This document shows, one piece after another, positions 1 through 13,013 of a DNA stretch of 64,000 bases; the first letter of the stretch is position 1; every line of letters starts with the position of its first letter. This stretch comes from Adineta vaga (Eukaryota > Animalia > Rotifera), in assembly GCA_021613535.1 (NCBI GenBank), contig CP075496.1, forward strand, positions 7,750,001 through 7,814,000. The letters are read 5' to 3'. The notes beneath the pieces are model-generated. The model was not told where the DNA came from. It did no database searches and saw nothing but the letters and a program-made list of their open reading frames with translations. Both the position numbers and the translations under genes were made by a program.

Positions 1-1148
<1,148 letters not shown>

Positions 1149-1686
1149 GTCGGACGTTAGAAATCAAACGAATGTTTTAGTAAAGAAAGCATTATTCTTT
1201 TACTGAATCGAATTGAAATGATATATTCTTTATATAGTTGATTCTACCAATCCGATGGAATAGTATTTACATAACATATTGATGAATCGTGACACCTATC
1301 GAAAAACAAGTTGTAGTATATATCAAGCAGTTCTTAGTCTGAATATGAATGAAACTATTAATTAGAGTAATCGATACTGTAATCTTGAATTGATTTTCAC
1401 TACATCATTTCTATTTGATCTATATATACACAATGAAGACAGTTTGTGTAAGCAAAATTTTATTAAACATTGACGAAGAAAAATGAAAATATTCAAACAT
1501 TCATCATAAAATCCAATCAGTAAGTTATTTATATTTGCAAAATATATACATATGCTTATAAATAATATAAGTATATTGGGTTTTTACGATATATTATTTT
1601 ATTATTCGACGTCAGTCATTCAATATATTTGTCTATTTGTTCATCTGGTATAGTTATATATATCTTGAGATGTAATGATGATTTTT

Positions 1687-4600
1687 TTAAACTTCGAATG
1701 CTGTTAAAGTCTAAAATAGGAGAAAAAACATACTTATCATATGAAATATCTCATGAATGATAAGTTTCCAAATAGAAAAATTTTAGGGATAGACTTGTAT
1801 ATATAGTGAAAGAGTTTGTATACTTCTCTTCTTTACCTTGTTTTCTTGAGCAGCTTCTTTTAGAAAAGTTAAACCTTGTGCAGCAATTCGATTATTTTGA
1901 AGATTTAATCGAGTTAAAGTCTAAATTAGATAATAATCATTGAAACAAAGTTTATATTTATTATAAGAAAACTATTCACTTAACCTTATTTTTACGTATC
2001 GCATCACTTAAAAATCGTGCTCCAATACTTTTAATTCCATTGTTAGAAAAATCAAGATGTTTCAGTGTCTACAATTGAAAAACAATAGCAATAGCTCGAT
2101 GCGAATAAATAATGATCGATTCTTACTTTATTTATCTGTAACATATTGCGATATATTCCGCTCCCATATGACCGATTAAATTATTTGAAAGATTGAGACT
2201 AAGAAGTGTCTATGATGATTAAAAATAAAGCAACTAGGTAACAATTAGTTTTTTTAACATATGTGTGAGAAATCATTTGAATATAAGACATATTCTTACC
2301 TTATTTTGACGTAATACATCACTTATATGTTTGACACCATTATCTCGAATTTGATTTCTTTCAATATTAAGATCAGTAAGTGTCTTTTATCGAACAAAAA
2401 TAATTCGTATACAAAAACAAAATACATTAACACAAATCTTATTATATACCTCATTGATACGTAATGCATCACTGACATAAAATGCTCCAGTTTCTCCTAT
2501 TTGATTGCAACGAAGAATAAGTGTTGTAATGGTCTAATAATTCTTTATAATATAGATTATCATGAATATTGATGATTTTTATACCTTATTTGCTCGTAAT
2601 AACATATTGATATGAAGAGCACCTTTCTCACCGATTCGATTCGACGAAAGTTCCAATGTAGTTAATGACTATCATATAATTAAAAATCAATTTATTTCGA
2701 TTTAATAAATAAGATTTTCAAATTTACTATATTCGTTTTCAATGCATTACAAAGAACATGTGTACCATTCTCTTCTAGATGACAGCAATTGAGTTTCAAT
2801 GTTTTAAGTGTCTATGTAAAATTACAAGAGGATCAATAAATTGAAAATTATTTGAAATAATTCTTATCTTACATAATTTGATTGTAATGCTTCACTTAGA
2901 TACTGTGCACCTTTTGCACCAATATGATTATTATCTAAGTTCAATATAGTTAAGATCTATGTTGAGAAGAAAACAATTTGTAAGTTGAAAGTCAAAGAAT
3001 ATATGCGTTACATCGTTCATTTTTAAAGCATTGCTTAAATATTGTGCTCCTAGAAATCCAATCTGATTTTGTGAAATATCAAGTTCAACGAGTTTCTAAA
3101 ATAAATGTATATGTACAATTATGAACTTCTCAGTTGTTTGCTAGTTCAACTTGCCCTATTTTTCGTTAAAGCATTACTTAAGTGTAATGTTCCCTGATTT
3201 TCAATCTGATTGGCTTGAAGATTAAGTGCTAACAAGGTCTATATTGAGAAGAGAATATTTTTAGAATAAAAATTTTCAATGGAATATCCGACATACGTTA
3301 TTACTTTGTAGTGCATTACTTAAACAACTTGCACCTTTTGCACCAATTTTATTATTTGAAATATCAAATACTGTAAATAATTTTTCCAACTAAATGAAAA
3401 TATTAATATACATACTATCGATTTACTATTCATATAAAAATAGAATAAAACTTACGCCATTATTTTCAAATGCAAAACGAACAACAAGTGGTATGTCAAT
3501 ATCTGTGAGATCTTTTTGACTTAGATCTAATTTGCCATCATCTTTGATATTTTCAGTGATTTCGTTAGAAGTAAAACTAGTCGTTGGAAGTAGACATTCA
3601 TTTGTTGTTGTCTGAAAATCTAGAATGATGCAGAACATAAGTCAGTGGTCTAAATTGATAGATTTTTTCAATTGAATTTAAAATAGAATAAATGACTATT
3701 CGTATGATTCTACAAATGTTCGTGAAATAAAATATCTTGATTCCAAATTTCTCATTAAAGACAATATTTATTAATGAAATCAAATCAAAAATCTTTTTTT
3801 TTGCTTACTATTTTCTTTGGTTTGACCATGATGATCCATGAAACTAAAACGTTGAAATAAACATAATATCAATATAACTAGAAAATGATTTTTATATACT
3901 TTTCAATGATATCTTCTTGAAACAACATAGTTGTAATGTCAAGATCAAAGATATTTTCCTGGCAAAGAATAACAATTAAGATGTAGATTTGTAATTGCGA
4001 TAAAAACAATGCTAGAATTCCGATTCACTTACTATATCTGATATGTCGTTTGTTGACTATGAACAAATGCAAATTTAATCATAAGAAGAAACAAATATCA
4101 ATGAAAACTTACAGTATTTTCCATCGTTAGGTTTTCTATATGATTAGTATTTTTGCTTGTATTTAATTCTGTGGTGATCACCGCATTATTGGGTAGATTA
4201 ATTGCAGTCGTTTCTATTCGTGGATTACTAGCATTTGTAGCGTTCCGGATTGACTAGAGTTTGCTTGTGATATAGCAAAGCTAGTAGGATTTGTTATCTG
4301 ATGAGCAGCTACCGAGGAAGCATCAACATTTGAATTATCTTCCACTATAGTAATATCTTTTGGGCTATTCAAAATCGTCGGTGTAACTGATATTCTTGTG
4401 GACTTTATTGATGGAACAATGGTCTTTGGATTACTTTCAGTCGTAAGATTGATAGGATGTTTACTTGTAGGCAATTGTTGTGTTGTTGTTGTTGTTGTTG
4501 TTGGAAGAATATTCTAAGGAATATCTTTATTCATATTTGCGAATTTTTTGTGTACTTACCGTGAGTGAATTAACCGTGGTCTTGACCGATTTTTCTGTAG

Positions 4601-7238
4601 TCTTCTTTACATTTGTCTTCATCGTTTGTGAACGAGATAGAATTCTTGAAGGAACAACCTTGGGAACATCTTTCATTGCCGCACTATAATTCTGAGTCGA
4701 TATAACGTTTATATTAGAATTTTTTGGAGGAACAACATTGGAAACAACTTTGCTCTTAGTATGATCTTTTGATACACTAGCACTACTTCCACTAACATTA
4801 TTTGTAGGCAATTTTACTAATGATGTAACGGCGTTTACAACAGTCGCGTTTTTATAACTTTCACTTGAAGAAAGTTGTGTTAACGAAGCAGCAATAGTAG
4901 GCGACGTGTTCATTGTAGTAGTTGTTGAGTCTGAAACAACGACGTTTGATTGTTCTCCTATTGTTGCAATTGTTTGTAGTACTTTGAAAGTATTCGTGTT
5001 TGGTGAATTAATATTGATTGTCGAACTTTTTTTCTTAGAAGCATTTGTGCATGAAACAAGACTTGTCGGGTTACTTGCCGTTGTAATAGTCTTTGTCTGT
5101 GATACAACACTTGAGCCAGGATTGCCGGAAAATTTCTGAATTGAAGTATGCAAAACATTTTTATTGTTTTTGTTTGATGTCGTATTTGTCGAATCAACAA
5201 TAGTGTTTATCACGGGAGTTTGAGAAGATATAGTAGTTATATTTGATTGGTTTCCACTAATCTGAGATTGTGATGTTGCATTGACAATATTTACATTCGA
5301 TTCGATTGCAGGAAGTTCTGCTAATGTTACAATTTCGTTTGTGTTGTTTGTAGTTTTCGACGATTCAAAATCATTTGAATGATTTTCAGTCACATTGATT
5401 TCTGCAGAAATGATTGGAACAGTCGTCACTTCCGATGAATTAGCGACGTCAGCATTAATATTTGTTGCTTTTGCAATCATTTCTTCGTTATTAACATTTG
5501 GATCATTGATGATTAAATTCGTCTCTATCGATGAATTTGTTAGATTTGGATTGATGTCGAGTGAAGATGTTTCAGGTGATGACAGTACAAAATCGTAATC
5601 GTTATTATTTGCAGCAATATCTGTAGATGTATCAGTTAAGTGCGAGTGGTTTGTATCGTATAAGTATCGCTTGGTGTGATTGCTATATCTGCATCAACAT
5701 TTGTAGCGATATTGTCTACTTCAATTGTTTTCTCTGAAGTGTCTGTTTTCATATCAGTGACAATCATTCGATCTTGTTCTTCTTCCATGATCTCTCTGAT
5801 AGCTTACAGGAATAAAAATAAAAATAAAAATAAGATCTATATTTGATGAAATCACTTTAAAACAAAGTATGAAACACCCATAGATAGTTTGGTATTTCAA
5901 ACAACTGTTAATTTATTTTTTGACAGAACTGGATATTTTCACATATATTTAAAGCACTCAAAGTATAAAATCTAATTCAAGTTTACTTACAAGAACTGTT
6001 GTCATCAAATTCATGATTAGATCTTTCTAATTCTATTTTTTCTGTATTGTAACTATGAATTACTTCGTCGAAATCATCCATAAAGTTAAATCCATTGATA
6101 AAAATGTCTGAACAAATAATCACAGGTGGATTTAAAACGAATTGTTGGTCGGAATCATTAACTAAAGTTACTAATTGTTGATTACTTAACGAATCAAAAG
6201 TCTTCTGTAAACGAAGAAATTCAAGACGAGCATTCTCTATTTGTTTACCGTCACTTTCATACTTTTGCACTTCATCAGTTAGTAAACAACCAACAGTTTG
6301 TTCTAATTGTGCGGATAGATTTGTTTTCCACCCATCCTTTTTCTCATCGATTTTTTTCTCATAATCAACGAGTGTTGCTTGAATTTCATTTCGTACTTTA
6401 TCTATTTGGGCATGCATACTTGTCGCCCAATCGTTAAGTAACATCTGACATGTCGTAGCATCATTTACAATATTTAATTTTTGAATATTCTTGAAGAGTT
6501 CCTACATCAGAAGAACCGAAAATATTTATTTATATTCATTGTATGAAAAGAAGGTGTTACCTGTGCATTAGCTAATAATTCACGTGCTTCATTCTTCAAT
6601 TCTTCTTGATGTTGTACACCATGTTGTAAACAAAATAGAGTTGAACAATGAGGACATGTATACGTAGCTGAATTTTTACAACAGTCTACATTCAATGTTG
6701 AAGTATAATATTGACAAACTTTTGAATTATGATTGACTTTCGGTGGATTGAAAGTTTTACTGATCATATTCGTTGGTATAATAGTTATAGATGATCCATT
6801 GATCTTTGTTCTATCAGTTGATGAGATTTTATCATTAGAAGATTGAAACATTTTCATTTTCTTCTTCACTTGTGTGTCATCATCAGATGATAGTATTGTT
6901 TTTGTTTTATTCGTCGATGATATTTCAGTATTAGTTGTTGATTGATATGTAGATGAGATATTGTTCATTTTGGCCATTTGATTATTCGAAGATGCTGATC
7001 TTGTAATTTCTTCCATCGACGAAAACTCATTAAATGAAGAAATTAAAATATCACGAATTGTATTTACAGTAACACGTTTTTTAGTTGATGAATCTATTTT
7101 TCTTTTTTTTTCTCTAAAACAATACAATACACTTCTACATAGTTTTTGTTCATATGAATAACCTTTTATCTCTATCAGTATCATTGATATTTTTATATGT
7201 TCTTTCTCTTGAAATATTTTATTCTTTTTATTTTTCAT
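1687..7238 (-). CDS. B-box-like Zn finger + coiled coil + long Ser/Thr/Asn-rich linker + 11 RI/NLRC3-like leucine-rich repeats; three apparent 1-nt frameshifts (assembly error or pseudogene); start codon uncertain (7238 or 7016)
   Basis: CPHCSTLFCLQHGVQH motif (~6610-6700) is followed by a helical coiled-coil exon (5990-6503) and low-complexity exons (4093-5802). Then come phase-0 exons such as TLLALNLQANQIENQGTLHLSNALTKNR and ILTILNLDNNHIGAKGAQYLSEALQSNY, ending at stop TAA 1687-1689. Splice phases are compatible across all parts. Confidence 0.75.
1837..3389 (-). repeat. Array of 11 LRR exons (93 nt, then 84 nt each, one of 83 nt), all phase 0-0
   Basis: Each exon encodes one xLxxLxLxxNxIGxxGAxxLSxALxxNx unit bounded by AG and GT (one GC). 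Confidence 0.92.
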
Positions 7239-8154
7239 ATATTTCTCAACAAGACCGCTCTGTTTATCGATAGGAAAACGAAATGTCTCATGTTTTATCT
7301 AGAAGGAAATGTGCCTTGAGTGTTAGTAGAATATTGATAATCGAAAGATTATCTCACGTAATAAAACAAACCATCAGAACATTCTATCTATGCATTTTGA
7401 TACATAAGTATTATAATACTCTTTTGTTTTATTATTGCAGTAGAAATGAAAGACAACGAAAAAGAAACCAATGAACCAGAACCATCTTTCCTTTTATCAA
7501 TGTATGCATAAATAACGATGATACTTAGCTTTAGTCTGAGTCAAAGTCATTTTTGTTGCGTATTGATATTTTCTTATGAGTTTCATATTTCTAATAATTA
7601 TTAAAATATTGACAATATGTTGAATTACAAAAGATACTTGACAGAAAAGTAACAGAAAGAAACATTTTTCATTTTACTATTATAGAAAATAATCAAAATT
7701 TTTCCTCTCATCGGTGAATATGAATTTGTATTTTTCTACATTTCATTCTTTTTTGACAGTCTAAAATATGTCCTTGCAGTAAATGTACAAAAAAACAATG
7801 AAGATAAATAATTGTGTTGCTATATCGTCCAAATATCAATGAAAATCAACGATCAGGACATTTAAATTTCACCATTGTTTTCAATACAAATCATCTTTGA
7901 CGTCAACTAAATACATGTAAGTCTTGGTACATTGATAAAAAACATTTGATTCTATTTTTCAAACAAATATCATATTCTTCAATCAATCTAACCACATAAA
8001 CATACATGCGTTGAGTGTTTGAGTAAACTTTTTTTATTGACATAGATTAATCATTTTTTTAAAACTAATATTTTCCCTTCAACTAATCCTTTATTGATAT
8101 TCTTCGGTTAGAAACAGATTTTGATCTGAAAATTTTCTTTATTCTAGAAATCTA

Positions 8155-8681
8155 TTAAACAAATGTTGTAGCGATAGCCGCTAATTTAGCTAAATCACCT
8201 CGAGTACGAAAAAATGCTGGTAATGGTGCTAAAATACGTGTTCCAACTGGATTTCCATCATCATCGATTAGTACCACATTATTCGAATCAAATTGTGGGA
8301 CATTTGGTTGTCGTATACGTTGTTTACAACCAACAATAATAGCTTTTTTCATTTGTCCTTTAATTGCTAGAAGAACTTTATCACCAAGACCAGCTGTTAA
8401 TCGTGTTCGAGTTAAATTATTATTCTTCTTATAACAATGAATAATTCGTGGCATACGTTTGTAAACATTGCCATCCAATGCTAATTTACTATTATCAACA
8501 ACATGAACACGGCTAACTTTTTGTAATTCATATAATGGTATTGATGTACTGTTAAATAGAAAAAGAGAAATGAATAAAAAAAATAAATTTTATTGATAAG
8601 ATCAAATTTCTAATGTTACCTGAAAGAACGATGTACAATGAAATCAATTGTTGTTGGAAGAAGTCTGACAAAGTTATTCAT
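8155..8681 (-). CDS. MRPL14: Mitochondrial ribosomal protein L14 (uL14m), 2 exons
   Basis: Presequence-like MNNFVRLLPTTIDFIVHRSFS, then LQKVSRVHVVDNS...GDKVLLAIKGQMKKAIIVG...PQFDSNNVVLIDDDGNPVGTRILAPLP...KLAAIATTFV. Confidence 0.93.
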
Positions 8682-9180
8682 ATCTAAAAATAGTTTAATC
8701 AGATTTGACACATATGGATGAAAGAAAAAATCTCGCGACTTTTCTATCTGGATATGATAGAAAAATAAAATATAGGTAAGATGAGTTTTGATTCATATAT
8801 ATTTTTTTTTTCTTTATAAGAACAAGATGCGTATAACTTTCTTATTTGGATGAGTTTATTTTCATCCGTTCTCATTCGCTCACTCACTCACTCATCGACG
8901 TCAGATTAATCAGTTCGAGTGTAGGCATGTTTTCTTTTCAGCATATCAATTTCTAATCAATATGAATTAAGATTAAATTTCGATCTAACTCGATCATCTG
9001 AGAGAGAGAGGGAGGTGAAGTTATATAAATGTATTTACTATGAAACTTATGCTGCTCTCTTTTCTTTTCCGAAGAGGTATTTCGATGATATTTGTATTGT
9101 TATTTCATTCTTGATCTTTTTTCATCAAAACTTGACAAGTGCCTTTCGTAAGAGACGAAAACTATATTACAATTTTAATC

Positions 9181-11080
9181 ATGCATCGATTTTTTCCACC
9201 GAGAAATACTTTACCACCAAATGAAAATACTGATACGGGAAAATCTCAGTATAAAAGTTCTAATTTTCGTACGAAATCATCGTCACATGTTACACCCAGT
9301 CTACCTATTAATGGTTCTAATCTAAAACCGAGTGCACGAACAGTACGTATTCGTTTGGTTTTTATTCGAATTGGTAAGAAAAATCAAATGAATGATGATT
9401 AAATTGACTAACTTCTTTTCTAGGCGATATCGATACTTTAAACGAAAAATATCAAGCGGATGTATATTTCGAAGCACGATGGACAGAAATTATAAATGTC
9501 AATTCACATGATTTATTACCCGAACAGCAAATACAGCTGTTAAGTGAAAATGTTATCGTACGAAAAGATGAATCCTATTCAAAGACAAATTGGACTCCTG
9601 AATTATTCATTGAAAATGCTATTGGACAAATTGTTGAACAGGATAAATGGTTTACAATAATGCGAAAAACTTCAGAAAAAACTGATTCATTATCGCCACC
9701 GATAGCGAACTTGGAAATATGTGAACATCGACGAATTCGAGGAGTTTTTTGGGAAAAATTAGAATTAAATCATGTAGATATTTCTTTGTTTTTACAAAAT
9801 ATGACAATGAGTGTATCTTTTATTTCATTTTTAGTTTCCTGCTGATGTTCAAGATTTAACGATATCAATCACAACTCATCATTATTTAGAAAATTGTCGA
9901 CTTATTGAAGATCCACAGTTCCGTTCAAGTATTAATCGTGAAGCGTTTTTCGATCAACAAGAATGGAAATTATACGAACATGTCGCAACGGATTCACGAG
10001 AAACGAAAGAAGAATATTCATATCGAGATGAAAATAGTGGTATAGCACAAAAAAAACATTCAGTTCTAGCAGTTACTTGTCGCGCAGGTTTGTTTTTCTT
10101 TTCTCTTTCTCAAATAATGGAAAATCTTTCTTTTTCTCTTCTAAAGCTCGTCGACCCGGCTACTATTATTGGAATGGATTTTGTCTCATTTTTCTAATTA
10201 CTATCTGTGCATTTTGTATTTTTTCTATTCCACCAGAGTATGTATCGCTCGAAATTTCTTCATTCATTTAAGACAATCTAAATTCTTTCAGTTTACCCCA
10301 AAGTCGACTTCAAATAACATGTACTTTACTCCTTACTTCCATTACATTTCGTTGGGTTGTCAATCGATCACTGGTAAAAAGAAAGAGAGAATGAACGTTA
10401 TTTTGTTGGATAGAATTTCTACTATACTTTCTTTTTTCTTCTGCATTCTATAGCCAACAATATCATACCTAACAACGCTGGATAAATACGCGATCATCTC
10501 AATAATCATGTTAGTTCTTCTATGTGTGTGGCATTCAATCATCGCATCGATTATCTTTCTTAATCCTGATGTTGCAGTATTAAAAGGTATTGTACATACG
10601 AATGTCTATGCAAATGTCGATCGATTTGTTTGTATCGGTGGTTTTCTATGTTATATTTTAATTCATATTATATTGGTTATTTGGTTGATCTATGAACCTT
10701 ATAAACGCAGACGACAAATGGAATATCTCGATCGTGAGTATAATTCAGGAAAGCATATCTACATAGATTCAAGTACAGAACGATATCAATCGAATAAATC
10801 TGAACCACAAGAACTTGTCTTTCGTCGAACATCATCCATTCCAGGAATTGTACCCTTAATTAAATCTCCTGTCAGACCAAAGAAACCGTCGGAGAGCGTC
10901 ATCATCATTCCTAATCCTGCAACATTTTTTCCTATTGAAGAAGAAAAAAATGAATCAACAGCAAAAAATACTACAACTATCGAACTTCAAGAACAAGATG
11001 ATGTTTTCTATGATCAAACAGATGATATTAATCATGAACTGAAAAGTACTCAAGTCCAACCTATTAAAAAATCTTCTTAA
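9181..11080 (+). CDS. Cys-less (Pro-loop) pentameric ligand-gated ion channel subunit, 6 exons
   Basis: ECD motifs RIGDIDTLNEKYQADVYFEARW, WTPELFIENA and EKLELNHFPADVQDL (Pro loop without Cys); pre-M1 RRPGYYYWN; M2 SRLQITCTLLLTSITFRWVVNRSLPTISYLTTLDKY; M3 and M4. Confidence 0.9.
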
Positions 11081-11268
11081 CTTCTTTCGAACTAGAGTTC
11101 ATTACGGAAATAAAAGAAAAAACAAAGGATATTAGTGATCATCGTCTATTTCATAAAGAAGAGAAAAAAGAAAAGATGGAAAAAAACAAATGTGAGAAGG
11201 AAATGGGATATATTTCTATGAAACTAAAGACGATAAAAGAGGTTTAATGCAAAAAAAGAAGAACTGTT

Positions 11269-11577
11269 CTAATGATGTTTGCTACTTGAACCGGATTTTT
11301 TCGATGCATCTTCATTTTGTTTTGTATTTGCTTTATTTGGATCAACACCAGCAGCATAAGCTAAATCAATCATAGATTGATCAGCTTTGACTTTTTGATC
11401 TGCAAGTTCATGAATAGCATGTTGAGTAACACGATCGATTTCACCTTGTCGTACACGTTCTTCGCGTTTCTTTAATGTGTTATGATGCATACGTCCATAA
11501 ACAAGACCAGTGACCAATAAACCCCATCGACCGGCACGAATCAATGGTGAAACATTTCTTGGTACAGCGGTTGCCAT
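11269..11577 (-). CDS. ATP5ME: Mitochondrial ATP synthase subunit e
   Basis: VSPLIRAGRWGLLVTGLVYG (GxxxG transmembrane helix) followed by a charged coiled coil, matching the subunit e signature VSPLI.xGR. Confidence 0.88.
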   Translation of the reverse strand: MATAVPRNVSPLIRAGRWGLLVTGLVYGRMHHNTLKKREERVRQGEIDRVTQHAIHELADQKVKADQSMIDLAYAAGVDPNKANTKQNEDASKKSGSSSKHH

Positions 11578-11692
11578 TTTATGCTATTGAAGAGCTAAAT
11601 CGATCTGAAAAACAAAATTTACAATCAACATTCCGTTTTCTTTTAAAAAAATAATCGACAATCAAAAGAAAAACAAAATAATTTTGATTTTT

Positions 11693-12421
11693 TCAACTAT
11701 CCGATGCCGTAATACAACGATTCACCACTGCACGAAGATGATTATTTTCAAGAGCAGCTGTAACACGTTCTTTATCATTGAGTTGTTTATTAATTTGACT
11801 TTCTTGAATATGAGCACCTTCTATGATATTAACACCGACTTTGAAACGAGTTGGAAGTGTATAGATTAACTTGGCTCGAATACTTAAACCAATTAATGTT
11901 GCCCTAAAATTTGAGAAGAAAACAGAATAAAACAAATAGATTTTATTTATCATTATATTATAGGGAAAAAACTGTTCTCATATTGCCATGATATTTTCAT
12001 TGAGAGAACTACCTTTCGAGACGACTTGATAAAATTGTAGATTTGTTTATCATGACATATATATCCTATAGAGCGTATCTATGTTCCTTTCAATAATTTG
12101 CTTACATGGAACAATGTGGAATCGTTGGTCGAAATTGCACTCGTACTGTACTCATTTCATTATCAATTGTGATTCCATCCAGATCAACAACATTGAGTTC
12201 TAAAATATATTTTCAACTATGACATGAGATTTTTTTCAAAATAAACCTTCTAATGTCAGTGGATGCTCTGGATCATTTATGGTTCGAATAAGATCGAATA
12301 TTTCTCGACGATCAATATCATCTGATACAGTATTATCAAAATCTGATGCTTGTGTTGTTCGTTCTTCCGTACATTCATAAATAGTTGGGTTTAAATTTTG
12401 AGGGCCTGAAGACAAATCCAT
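11693..12421 (-). CDS. CIAO2B: Cytosolic Fe-S assembly component CIAO2B (FAM96B/MIP18), 3 exons
   Basis: NLNPTIY...[19 protein letters not shown]|ELNVV...[10 protein letters not shown]|[12 protein letters not shown]...PTRFKV...[17 protein letters not shown]. Confidence 0.95.
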
Positions 12422-13013
12422 TGCTTTTTGCCTTTTCTCGTTTGTTTTTTTTCTCGTTCTGAATAAATACTGCATCCAAATATAAACAAAACATGATAAG
12501 TTAATCTAACAAACCAATCATAATAATATGAAAACCATCCGATTCTTCTAAAAAACTTTCTACACTGCCATCTATCTATATGACGTCTAATTTCGCAAAA
12601 CAATATTGATATGTCCTATTGTATCTGATGATAATTAAATAAAAACTTTCAAAGTTGAGGAGAAATAAAAACCTAATGACATTACTTGATAGATGTCTGT
12701 TGTAAACATCGAAAATAATCGTATACTTAAAATTCAAATGTGTTTATATCCGTTTTCTGACGCCATCTTTGTATCTACGTTGTTGAGACAAGACAACCAT
12801 TCTAAGTAGCACAAATTATATGTTCACATATTGTATTGGATAAATTCAGTGCAATGAAAAATTATTTCATTCGGTATCAATCGAATTTCGAATGAATCAA
12901 TCGAGCGAGACCGATAATAACATTTAACTACAATTAGTAATCGAGACCGAAAATAATATAAAACATTTTAGTTTATATTCATACTTTAATGATGGAATAT
13001 TTGTATATTTTAG
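12422..13013. promoter_or_regulatory. Putative bidirectional promoter between CIAO2B (-) and RBM28 (+), with a YY1/Pho-like CGCCATCTTT at 12761-12770
   Basis: Head-to-head genes ~590 bp apart; the motif matches the CGCCATNTT consensus. Function is inferred. Confidence 0.45.

Noticed and set aside
7265-7272. DRE-like TATCGATA upstream of the LRR gene
   Set aside because: ATCGAT-containing words are very frequent throughout this window, so a single hit is uninformative.
11905-12106. Possible H/ACA snoRNA in the 200-nt CIAO2B intron (two short stems, ACA after the second)
   Set aside because: Stems are only 6-7 bp in AT-rich DNA and there is no proper ANANNA hinge; it would need an Infernal/snoGPS hit.
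12459-12515. Acceptor upstream of CIAO2B as a trans-splice site
   Set aside because: A GTTTGT donor ~56 nt upstream gives a normal-sized cis 5'UTR intron.
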